64,000 bases of DNA. It comes from Octopus vulgaris. Its lineage: Eukaryota. A program made the translations under genes and the position numbers. Numbering within the stretch: position 1 is the stretch's first letter; the number at the start of each line of letters is the position of its first letter. The stretch is from NCBI GenBank assembly GCA_951406725.2, contig OX597822.1, positions 33,728,001 to 33,792,000 of the forward strand. The letters run 5' to 3'. Shown here piece after piece: positions 52,721 to 64,000 of the stretch. The notes under the pieces were generated by a model. It was not told the DNA's origin, did no database searches, and was given only the letters and a program-made list of their open reading frames with translations.

Positions 52721-55001
52721 TTAATAACCTCTTCCAACATCCCCCCAGCCACTACGGAAGAGTACAGCTGATGAAACTAACAGGAGTTATGTTCAATGAC
52801 ATAGATTCATACAATGGAGGCAAGTATCTCATACTTGTGCATATTCTGCCGCAGGTAAAGATAACGAGAAATGATAAGAGGAAGCTAGAAGACAAACATT
52901 TATTAACGAAGTGCATTGAAGTGTTGAGACGGATACAGTGTTAAATAACATCTTATATCAGTTTGATATTTTAACTGAAGCGCAACAGTTGCAGCAGAAA
53001 TTTTCAGTGAATCACAACAAATGAGAACATGGTATATTAGAATAAATGGCGACATTTCGTAGTGTAATTATGAAGTAATAATGTAGCATGACTGTGTGTC
53101 TTATTATACACATGTGTGTCTGGTAACATTATGTGAGTAAATGTGAAAATATCTTTTTTGTTACATTGTATATGTTTACGCGACAAACACTGTATAAACG
53201 CTATGTGTCTTTGAGAACCTTCATAAGAGATGTTTGCTGCTTTATTTTATCGTTCGTTTACTTACTTTTTAATGACCAACGAAACAATTTTCAGGTTAAT
53301 GTCTTGGAAATGTAAGTTGATATAAGTTAATAGATTGTTCATAAGGGAAAACTCTATTATATTACTAATGTAGCTTCGCTTGTCTCATATACATGTTGCT
53401 TCCTGTTTTGTTGTTGCTGCAAGCTATTCTTGGTTGTAGCTGCCTCGGCTTCGTAGCAAAGGAGGTGATGGCGGCTCCTCTCGGCGTAGCATTTTTCTAT
53501 CGCCTCGCGTAACGTCTATCTCGACTACTTGACATGAACTGAAGGAACTAGATCCCCTTTCTCTCTTTTTGTAATAATACCCACATCAAAAAAAGCAATT
53601 TATATAATAAGGAAAGACCAGATAGACACCGTTGATTGGCCGAATTAGACTAACAAAATTTTCTTTTTTATTGTCGTGGTAGTTGAATAACAAATTATAA
53701 AGAACATTCTTCCATTTTTCAATGGAAATTTAGCAGACCCTCTAAATCATGCTGAGAGTCTTAGTCAGTGAGCCACAAGTTCTGATCTCGAAACTGGCCA
53801 GAATTCCTGTTACAATACAATGTGTCATTACAAAGAGTGTCCCTACCTTGTGCCGTCTTAATGCATGAGCAAACTGGCTGGTCTAGGAACCCGATCCTGA
53901 CCTATGTATGTTGTAGCTTGCTGTTATTAAATACGATAGGGCCCAGCGCATTAATTTGCCGGGAAGTCTATAATACTGCTTAGATGATCCCACTCTTAAC
54001 CCAGGATGTTTAAATTCATAGAGCAAAAATATGGAAAAGATTGATGTTTAGTAAGGACATTGTAAGCATCTTATGTCCCAGGAGAATCTGAATACAGATG
54101 TATAGAGAATGTGTGACGGACTGATATATGATATGTATAACTGAGAAGAATCGCTATGTTGTGTGTGCATACTCTTGAGCTGATGCATTCACCAAGTGGC
54201 ATATATAAGTAAGCCAATGTCTTAGTGAGAATGAATATAGATTAGTAGAAAGCCATTTGAGTTTTCACACTCTTTTTAATGAAAGTAACCGAGTAAAAGT
54301 ATGATATTCTCAACTTATAGTAAAATAGGAATATTTCTAGTGTTATGTAATGTTACTGAGTGCCTATAAACAAAGTGAGAAGCCAAGTAAACTTGGCAAT
54401 ATGCTTATGTATGGTTGATAACTGCTAAGCAAAAATGGCGGGTTGTGTTAGCAGCTTTCATAAGATAAGCATTTAGCGAATGAATAGCAAGAACTGCAAA
54501 ACTTATACATTTAGTACGTGATATATCCGAGATCTCAAAGAAAGGAGGACAATGCTATTATAACTGTTATTTGATTAACATGTGATAGAGTCGATGTTAA
54601 TAATTCGAGTTTAAAAGTAAAACAAATTTGGGAATAATCGCTGATATATGAATGTAGAATGAGCATATAGGGCGGTACGCTTGTAAGTGTGTTGCTGTAA
54701 AGTTGCTCTGACCTATAAATGCATTATGAGAAACCCAGAAGTATATTACAGTATTAGAAGTGTCTTAAGAAAGCAACAGATCTCATGCAAACGATCAAGG
54801 GGCAAAAGCCTGATTGAACTGCAAGATTCATCAATGAGCTGAAAGAAAAAGATGGTCAGTCAGCAAAATAAAATATTATGTAAACATGTATCAGATGTGT
54901 TTGAGAGTTGCATGGTACTGTTCTGGTGCAAATGAGATTTATGAGATGTCCACACTAGCTGCATGTTCCGGAAGAGAGCATGGTTGGAGTTTTAGTACAA
55001 A

Positions 55002-55380
55002 CTAGCACTATGACCCGGCAACGCTGGGTCATAGTGCTAGTGCATGCATATACAGCTGCGTGCGTGCGCACATACACGCGAGTACTGTCCAAATCTCCAA
55101 CCAATCCCATACAGCTAGCTGGCATTCAATTGCCGTATCAAGTTTCGGGTATTTTGATTGGGTTTTGGATAGAAAATTCACAAAAAAGTCACTTCTATTG
55201 ATTTATAAAGTGGCTTTGCGGGGTGACTGGGTAAATGTAAAGATGTGCACGACCACCCTTGGACAGTTTTGAATGACCATAGAAAGTGGGAGCCCTCTAA
55301 CTGAAAAATTGTGGATTTGTATAAAGGACACGCACACACACACACACGCACACACATATATTTTGCCGTTTATATATAGA
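55002..55380 (-). mobile_element. Non-autonomous Helitron with an extended terminal palindrome
   Basis: 5' end TCTATATATAAACGGCA shared with 22295-23097; 3' ACTAGCACTATGACCC-GGCAACGCT-GGGTCATAGTGCTAGT. Confidence 0.78.
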
Positions 55381-55940
55381 GAAATATGTCTGAAGAACGG
55401 TAAAATGAAAAGCAAAAAACGATATTTAGTATTTTGCGAGGTTTATACACGAGCCACTACGTGTTCTATTGACATGAATTAAGTTATAGACTAAGGGTAA
55501 AAACTGTTGACTGCGGAAAGCCAGGAGCTGCGACATGTATGAGCTTGTATAATTGTCAATGAGTATGCAGATATGTGCTAAAAAGGAAACAAAATCCACT
55601 TGAGACGGGGAAAAGAGTGCAATATACTGGGTGACAAACTAGGAAACCTAACTATGAACTCTTTTAAGAAGACAAAACAATTTTCGGGTAAATGTCTTGG
55701 AAATGAAGTTCATGAAAGCTAATAGATTGTTCATTAAGAAAAATTGATGTCCATTTTCTGTTAACTTGCATGTCTTGTATATTGGTTTCAAATTTTAGCA
55801 CAAGGCAAGCAGTTTCGGGGGAGGGGTAAGTTGATTATATTGACCCCACTGTTTCACTAGTCCTTATTTTATTGACCCTGAAAGAATGAAAGGCTTCCTT
55901 CGGCGGAAGCTTATCTTGTATATTACTTGCTGGTTGATGC

Positions 55941-56458
55941 TCTTCTTCTTCTTCTTCTTCTTCTTCTTCTTCTTCTTCTTCTTCTTCTTCTTCTTCTTCT
56001 TCTTCTAATCAGGAATCACACCATTAGTTACAAAGAATAATCTCTAATTCGAGCTTACTCTAAGCTACTAAGAATGCCTGTGGCAACTTGAAAATCCATC
56101 CACTACGGGTACGAAAGCTATGTTGTTATCCTCATTCCATAAACGGTGGCTTTTAATGGGTGGAGAGCTGAATCATCCTAGGGTAGAGAGGATTCGCAAT
56201 CTAGACTAGGGTCTGAAAGCTTACCACACCATAGTGTGTTACACCATGGTTCCTTGGCTTTGTGGCAGAAGTAGGAAGAAAGAGTGAGAGAAAACTGTGG
56301 TGAAAGTGTACAGCGGGGCTTACCCCCACCCGCCGGTGCCTCGTTGAGCTTAGGTATTTTTGTTCAATAAACACTCACAATGCCTGGTCGGGGAAGCGAA
56401 ACCGCGTTCTTACGACTGCGAGTCCGCTGCCCTAACCACTAGGCCATTATGCCTCCAC
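55941..56458 (-). mobile_element. SINE family C with (GAA)n tail
   Basis: Reverse complement of 42247-42932; approximate TSD CTGGTTG(A/T)TG. Confidence 0.8.
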
Positions 56459-56507
56459 TGGTTGTTGTTGTTGCAAGCTATTCTCGTTAGTTGTTGCTGT
56501 GATCGGC

Positions 56508-57150
56508 ATTACGTTCTGAGTTAAAATATCACCAAAGTCGGCTTTGCTTTGTATCCTATCGGGGTTCGATATAAATAAGAACCAGTGGAGCACTGGGATC
56601 GATGTAATCGATTTAGCAATCCCCTCAAAATTGCTGGCCTTGAGTCAATGTTAGAAAGGCTTATAACCATCTACAGGCAGCAAGCTAGCAGAATCGTTAG
56701 TACGCCGGGCGAAATGCTTAGCGGTATTTCGTCTGCCGGTACGTTCTGAGTTCAAATTCCGCCGAGGTCAACTTTGCCTTTCATCCTTTTCGGGTCGATT
56801 AAATAAGTACCAGTTACACACTGGGGTCGATATAATCGACATAATCCGTTTGTCTGTCCTTGTCTGTCTTCTCTGTGTTTAGCCCCTCGTGGGCAGTAAA
56901 GAAATAGGTATTTCGTCTGCCGCTACGTTCTGAGTTCAAATTCCGCCGAGGTCAACTTTGCCTTTCATCCTTTTGGGGTCGATTAAATAAGTACCAGTTA
57001 CACACTGGGGTCGATATAATCCGTTTGTTTGTCCTTGTCTGTCCTCTCTGTGTTTAGCCCCTTGTGGGTAGTAAAGAAATTGGCATTTCTTCCGGCTTTA
57101 CATTCTGAGTTCAAATACCGTTGAGGTCAAGTTGGCCTTTCATATTTTCG
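56508..57150 (+). mobile_element. SINE family B monomer fragment plus multimer
   Basis: Tandem ~184-bp units starting near 56726, 56910 and 57084. Confidence 0.8.
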
Positions 57151-57597
57151 GTTCTAATAAATTAAACTGAATCATTGCTTTCCCGAATATTTATCAGACA
57201 TAGGATACAAATCGTGAATATTTGAATTTTCTATTGTCCGTATTATATTTAGCCTGATCCAATCCCATCGTTACTTTTCCGGATCTATACACCGATATAT
57301 GAACAGTTTCCACCTTTTCTTTTCCTCTTCCTTCTACTCTTTCATCATCTTTCTTTTTCACTTACCCCCAACTCTGAGTTGTTATTTGATGTTATTCTTT
57401 TTATAAGAAGCATTAAATATCAAATTCTTCGCATTCACCCGGTATTGCACGTTATGCTGGTTTCGTTTTTCGTTTTTTATTTTTTCGGGTTAATACTCGT
57501 ATTATATATATCTATTATTCGTTCGTTTTGACCTTTGACGTGATACAGCAATATATTGAATCAAATGTACTGTTGGCGGATATCACCTTGGTAAATA

Positions 57598-57856
<259 letters not shown>

Positions 57857-57857
<1 letters not shown>

Positions 57858-58620
57858 GCAGTAGCCCAACATGTCGTGTATGTCAACAACAAAATGAAAC
57901 CATTGAACATGTTGTCTCCAAGTGCAGTCTTCTAGCGCCTACAGAGTATCTCAACAGGCATGATAGAGCTGCACAATATATTCACTGGGTAATTTGCAAA
58001 AACCTGGATTTGCCCCATGAAAAAAACTGGTGGGAACACAAACACCTCCAGTGCTTGAAAATGACCACATCTCACTCTTCTGGAACTTCACCATTCAAAC
58101 TGACAGAAAGATAGATACAAATAGGCCAGACATATTGAAATACTTCAGACAAAGAACATGCCTCCTCATTGATATGACTGTCCCAATCGATATAAACGTA
58201 TCTGTCAAGACCTACCAAAAACTGAGCAAATATAAAGATCTTGAAATAGAAATCAGCAAAATGTGGAACCTAGAGACTAAAACAATACCTGTTGTCATAG
58301 GTGCCCTGGGAATGATAGCGAAAGGGGCTGATTGCTACCTAACTCAGATACCAGGAAACCTCAAAATGGCAGAAATTCAAAAGATAGTGCTCATGGGAAC
58401 TGCTCATATCCTACGCAAAATACTTTCTATGTAATCTCAAGGTTTAAAACAAAGAATTTTTTTTATTAGACATTCACTAGAACAACACAAAAAAAAAAAC
58501 AACAAATATATGGCACGCTAGGCATAACAACAACGTGAACTTCCAACCTGTTGTCTCTTGAGGTCTCTGGGTGAGACTTGGAGCCAACTTGTACAAATAT
58601 AAAGCAAAAGTCAAACATAG
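57857..58620 (+). mobile_element. 5'-truncated R4/Dong-like LINE, family 1
   Basis: GSSPTCRVCQQQNETIEHVVSKC, RPD, IPVVIGALG...AHILRKILSM* (stop 58434), 3' UTR then (TAA)n. Confidence 0.88.
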
Positions 58621-58635
58621 AATAATAATAATAAT

Positions 58636-58696
<61 letters not shown>

Positions 58697-59884
58697 GTAG
58701 TCCAGTACAGTTTTAACATCATTAACTGGAACCTTACGGAACTCCAACGCTTGGACAGGAAGACAAGAAAGTTACTGACATCCAGGAGCATGCACCACCC
58801 TAAGGCAGATGTAGACCGCTTGTACCTACCTAGAAGCAGCGGGGGGAGAGGAATGATGCAATTGGAGCTGTGCTATAAGACCTCTACTGTAGGAATGAAC
58901 AGGTACCTATCTAGTACAAAAGACTGGATGATGCGACTTGTGTGTGAACACGAATGCAGCAAAAAGCTGCATTCTATTGTCAAGGAAGCTTATAAGTTCG
59001 AAAGGGAACTAGGCATTAACCTTGAATCAGGTGAAGAGCCAGAAACCACTGCTACCAAGCAAGCAAAGCGAATCAGGCAGACTGCAAAAAAGAATGGGCA
59101 GAATCAAATTGAGAGGCGGTGGAGCCAGAAGCCCCTGCATGGACAATACATTCTCCGAAGCCAAAATGCTGATGTAGACCAAGCAACAACCCATCAGTGG
59201 CTGAAGAGTTCTGGATTGAAAGCAGAGACTGAAGGCTTCATAATGGCAGCACAAGATCAAAGCTTGTTTACCAGAAATTACCAGGCTAACGTTCTCCGAA
59301 ACGGTACTGACCCTAAATGCAGATTCTGTGACACATTTGACGAAACAATAGACCATCTCGTTTCGGGATGTCCTGTGCTGACACCAAACGAATACAAAAA
59401 TCGCCACGATAGGGTAGGACAGTATATACATTGGAAGATATGTAAACACTACAAATCCGACACTCCTGCTAACTGGTATGAACACCATCCTCAGCCAGTT
59501 GTTGAAGGTAAAGATGTCACCATCCTCTGGGATTTTCCAGTCAACACTGACAGAACGATCAAGGCTAATCGACCAGACATAATTGTTAAAGACAGGGAAG
59601 AAAATACCTGCAGACTAATAGAAGTAAGCGTCCCCACTGATAAAAATGTATCTGTCAAGGAATTTGACAAACTTAGTAAATATAAGGACCTGGAAATCGA
59701 AATACAGAGGATGTGGAATCTTAAAACAAAAACTGTTCCTGTTATTGTAGGTGCCCTAGGTATGATAAAAAAGGGATGTCAGAAACACCTAGACAATATC
59801 CCTGGAAAACCATGTCTCAAGGAAATCCAAAAGATTGTGCTAACAAGTACTGCCCACATCCTTAGAAAAACCCTATCAATGTAA
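58697..59884 (+). CDS. C-terminal ~395 aa of an R4-clade retrotransposon ORF (RT thumb, CCHC knuckle, PD-(D/E)xK endonuclease); no native start
   Basis: RLYLPRSSGGRG, KPLHGQY, CRFCDTFDETIDHLVSGC, RHD, RPDIIV...LIEVSVP...KLSKY; the ORF's first 42 codons are UTR/(TAA)n read-through. Confidence 0.85.
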   Translation, partial: VVQYSFNIINWNLTELQRLDRKTRKLLTSRSMHHPKADVDRLYLPRSSGGRGMMQLELCYKTSTVGMNRYLSSTKDWMMRLVCEHECSKKLHSIVKEAYKFERELGINLESGEEPETTATKQAKRIRQTAKKNGQNQIERRWSQKPLHGQYILRSQNADVDQATTHQWLKSSGLKAETEGFIMAAQDQSLFTRNYQANVLRNGTDPKCRFCDTFDETIDHLVSGCPVLTPNEYKNRHDRVGQYIHWKICKHYKSDTPANWYEHHPQPVVEGKDVTILWDFPVNTDRTIKANRPDIIVKDREENTCRLIEVSVPTDKNVSVKEFDKLSKYKDLEIEIQRMWNLKTKTVPVIVGALGMIKKGCQKHLDNIPGKPCLKEIQKIVLTSTAHILRKTLSM

Positions 59885-60038
59885 ATGTTTGTGTTTGTAT
59901 TACATGGAGATATTTCTCTACTTCCCCTCCCCAAGCTTTCAGCTATATTTCAACAACTCTTAACCTTCACTTGCCCTAGGGCGCTGGGTGTGCCCCGGCA
60001 GGTGATTGCATCAAACATGCAGATTAAAAGTAAATGAC

Positions 60039-60039
<1 letters not shown>
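58697..60039 (+). mobile_element. 5'-truncated R4/Dong-like LINE, family 2, (TAA)n on both sides
   Basis: Uninterrupted ORF, structured 3' UTR, (TAA)n at 58621-58696 and 60040-60072. Confidence 0.9.
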
Positions 60040-60072
<33 letters not shown>

Positions 60073-60618
60073 GTTGCTATAAGAGGCACAAGACCTGAAA
60101 TTTTGGGTGAGGTGACTAGGTAATCACATCGATCCCTGTGTTCAAATGGTGCCTATTTTAATGTGTCAGTATACATGCATACACAGTATTTTTAAATGAC
60201 AGGCATTCATGGATGCTACGTCAATGTTCTTCTATAGTCGATGCCGTTAAAAACTGGCAACAGTTGGTCTACACAGCTGTCGTGAAAAACTGAAGCTAAC
60301 AGCACAGCCACAAATAAAAATAGGTTATCGACAGAATCATTCCAGCGTGACATCATTCCTGTAATTCTTTTCGTTGCGACAATGCAAAATCTGCATGACA
60401 CAATCTGCAAAGGATATCAACCTCCATGTGTTTTGTCGATGATGCTAAAGCTATATTCAACTAATATCGCTTTCAAATTTTGGCTCAGGGCCAGCAAATT
60501 TCGAGGAGGTTATTAGTCGATTACATCGACTCCCAGTGTTCAAATGGTATTTATTTTACCGACCACAAAAGGATGAAATATCTAAGTAATATTTTCGTGC
60601 CAAAAATTTCGCGAGAAG

Positions 60619-61048
60619 GGATCTTTTCGGTTTGAACGGCAGTTTTTCCTAGCGGTGTCATATGAAATTGTCACCCATAGTTATGACCCTAGTATCAATC
60701 TATTTCATTTCAATCTGTTTTAGGGTTAGGGTTAGGGTTAGGGCTAGGGTTAGGGAGGGGAAGGGTATCTTTTTTTCTTCACAAATGTAAATAAACCCAA
60801 TCTGTTTCTTAAACGAGGGACATAATCATACGGCACAGAATGTTATTTTTTACCTCAATGGACGTCATTGATTGGTTGAAATTGCAGAAATTGAAGAAAA
60901 AACAAATATCTTACAAACTATAGAATTTTCTCAATAAAGCCAAGAGAAAAAGATGTTTTATAAACACATTCTACCAGTATACGAAGTTTAAAATTTTTTA
61001 GTTACCTAGAAATTATATTAAAAACTGCCGTTCAAACCGAAAAGATCC
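60619..61048. mobile_element. MITE with ~28-bp TIRs and internal (TTAGGG)n, second copy
   Basis: Same TIRs as 37292-37712; perfect 8-bp TSD GCGAGAAG. Confidence 0.92.
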
Positions 61049-61476
61049 GCGAGAAGAGTGTCACGGGATCCAGTAATGAACTTTGATCAGAAAATGTTCA
61101 TATTTTATAGATAATCGACGGAGCATTGGTTACCAAGGAATATGGATAACAATGGGTTGTCTATCTCCGTTAATGAAGATAGACGAGATTGTTGCATGCT
61201 TGGGTAAAGTTAAGGCGGTCAAAGAAACACTTAAGTGGACGCCGGAAGATTTCAAAATCAACGTTGTTCGCTTTGAGTATGGTCGTATCATAATGCTTTT
61301 AAAGTGTCAGTGCAAGTACGAACATTTTGAAAGCTAGACAGGACACTTGAAGAAATACACAACTTGTATATCAAGACGAGGGAATACTAACTCTCACTGA
61401 TAACATTTACATGAAAATTGACATTGGTGGGTTTTATATTACAAGGTAGCAAAGCCTAAGGTCGGTTCAAGAGCCC

Positions 61477-61835
61477 GCCGAGCGAAATGCTTAGCGGTAT
61501 TTCGTCTGCCACTACGTTCTGAGTTCAAATTCTGCCAAGGTCGACTTTGCCTTTCATCCTTTCGGGTTCGATTAAATAAGCACCAGTTACGCATTGGGAT
61601 CGATATAATCGACTTAATCCGTTTGTCTGTCCTTGTTTGTCCTCTCTGTGTTTAGCTCCTTGTGGGTAGTAAAGAAATTGGTATTTCGTCTGTCGTTACG
61701 TTCTGAGTTCAAATTCCGCCGAGTTCGAGTTTGCCTTTCATCCTTTCTGAGTCAATAAATCAAGTACCAGTTACGCACTGGAGTCGATATAATCGACTTA
61801 ATCCGTTTGTCTGTCCTTGTTTGTCTTCTCTGTGT
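61477..61835 (+). mobile_element. SINE family B dimer
   Basis: Two body units. Confidence 0.78.
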
Positions 61836-61844
61836 AACGTGTGT

Positions 61845-61882
<38 letters not shown>

Positions 61883-62044
61883 TTGTGTGATTGTGTGTGT
61901 GTGTGTGTGTGTGTGTGATTGTGTGATTGTGTGTGTGTGTGTGATTGTGTGCGTGTGTGTGTGTGAGTGAGTGTACAGGTACAAACAGTGAGTGCACAGA
62001 TACAAACAGACACATACACAACACACGAATGTACACGTACATAT

Positions 62045-62237
62045 TCTTTTATTTGTTTCAACCATTTGACTGTGGCCATGCTGGATCACCGCCTTTAGTC
62101 GCACAAATCGATCCTAGGACTTATTCTTTGTAAGCCTGTACTTATTCTATCGGTCTCTTTTGCCGAACCACTATGTTACGGGGACGTAAACACACTAACA
62201 TCGGTTATCAAGCGATGATGGGGAACAAACACGCACA

Positions 62238-62318
<81 letters not shown>

Positions 62319-62480
62319 GACGGGCTTCTTTCAGTTTTCATCTACCAAATCCACTCACAAGGCTTTAGTCAGCCCGGGCTATAGAAGAAGACACTTACCC
62401 AAGGTGCCTCGCAGTGGGACTGAACCTTGAATAATGTAGTTGGTAAGCAAGCTACTTACCACACAGCCACGCCTGTGCCT
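62045..62480 (-). mobile_element. SINE family A with internal (CA)n(TA)n
   Basis: Reverse-complement copy. Confidence 0.85.
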
Positions 62481-62731
62481 ATATATATGTATATATAACG
62501 TATCTTATTTCGGTTGAGTCAGTCACTTGCTACTCGGAGTTTCATTTATAGGTACGCAAGATCTTCAGACAAGTTATGACGTAACTTGTTCGAGACTGAC
62601 TTGACCGAAACAAAATGTACTATTAATCTCTGCTACTGGCCTTGTGCCAAATTTTGAAGCGATTATTAATCTATACTATGATACTGAGTACTCTTTTATC
62701 TGACGGTTAACATTAAACACACGCACGCACG

Positions 62732-62773
<42 letters not shown>

Positions 62774-62899
62774 TATATCTTCCATAAACAATCTTGCCCG
62801 GACTTGTGCCTCGGAGGGTAACTTTCTAGGTGCAATCCCATGGTCATTCTTGACCGAAGGAGGTCATCCTACATATATATATATATGTATGTATGTATG

Positions 62900-62940
<41 letters not shown>

Positions 62941-63150
62941 GCATACATACATACATACATACATACATACATACATACATACATACATACATACTCATTT
63001 ATACACACACACACACATATTTGGTTGTAAGACAAAGTCGTCCATATTTTTCCATTTTATTTTAATCCTTTCAAATGTTATTTGAATATTGACACGAAAA
63101 GTGTTTTTATCGTATTGTTTTATGCTCTCTCTCTCTCTCTCTCTCCCCCC

Positions 63151-63294
<144 letters not shown>

Positions 63295-63836
63295 TTGAAC
63301 CCCTATAGTTTCTCTACAACTTTTGCTCATCGTTTCTGATATTTGAATAAATTTTGCCATTCTTCAAATATATGAAGATCGAGTACCAAGTAGAAAAAAG
63401 TGAATGAATTTATCTGGCAATCTAACTTATGAAGAGACAAGGCGAATGTGGGAGGAATTAAGTGATTATTTTTCATTGGAATAGTTTAGAACAATGAGTT
63501 TAGAACAATGAGAATGTTGAGATCGATGTGATTAATGTTCCTGTTAAAACAAATTTGAGTGAGTGATTGGTTGAATGATTGATTGACTGGTAAATATGTA
63601 ATTAAATTTTCGAATAAATTACCTTAAGTCGAGCTGCCAGGCTATCAGATCGGGACATAGAGGTCAAATCTTGTCAGCACTCGTGTTTCGTTTGATTGAC
63701 GTCGAAAAACAGAAGAGAGTTCTGTTATAAGAGAGTGTTAGAAATAACAGTATAACACGAGAGCAAAAACGAGCAAGAACTTAAAAGAAATCGCTGGAGG
63801 AGGAGACAAAGAACACAGTGTAAGTATTAAGGAGGA

Positions 63837-64000
63837 AGCACTCCGTCGGTTACGACGACGAGGGTTCCGGTTGATCCGATCAACGGAACAGCCTGCTCGT
63901 GAAATTAATGTGTGAGTGGCTGAACACTCCACATACACGTGTACCCTTAACGTAGTTCTCGGGGATATTCAGCGTGACACAGAGAGTGACAAGGCCGGCC
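63837..64000 (-). mobile_element. SINE family E tail, cut by the window edge
   Basis: Reverse complement of 8950-9115. Confidence 0.7.

Noticed and set aside
58571-58696. N-terminus of the 437-aa ORF (MRLGANL...poly-I)
   Set aside because: Read-through from the upstream element's 3' UTR and (TAA)n with a GTG start; not a real signal or transmembrane segment
60216-60410. Small ORF with a hydrophobic stretch (LFLFVAVLLASVF)
   Set aside because: Short, with no recognisable homology or convincing gene structure
60720-60760. True telomere or chromosome-fusion scar
   Set aside because: Short, and enclosed within a TIR/TSD-bounded MITE present twice in the window

Overview
AT-rich, microsatellite-saturated eukaryotic DNA, almost certainly coleoid cephalopod (Octopus-like SINE families and repeat landscape). 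I recognise no intact host protein-coding gene: most ORFs in the track are microsatellite translations and the rest are transposon relics. The window holds about 15 copies of a CORE-like tRNA-SINE with an internal microsatellite slot, multimeric copies of a second SINE, and several minor SINEs. DNA elements include a full-length but frameshifted mariner, other Tc1/mariner and hAT relics, four non-autonomous Helitrons, and two copies of an 8-bp-TSD MITE carrying (TTAGGG)n. Retroelements include RTE fragments, a decayed Penelope-like element (RT + GIY-YIG), Penelope pseudo-LTR fragments, and two clusters of R4/Dong-type restriction-like-endonuclease LINEs piled into (TAA)n microsatellites. The most striking signal is a hammerhead ribozyme core whose three strands occur in a non-circularly permuted order (13586-13646 minus, 21740-21800 plus, partial 21553-21598 minus), with covarying stems between copies, next to a conventional minimal type I hammerhead (13213-13252).
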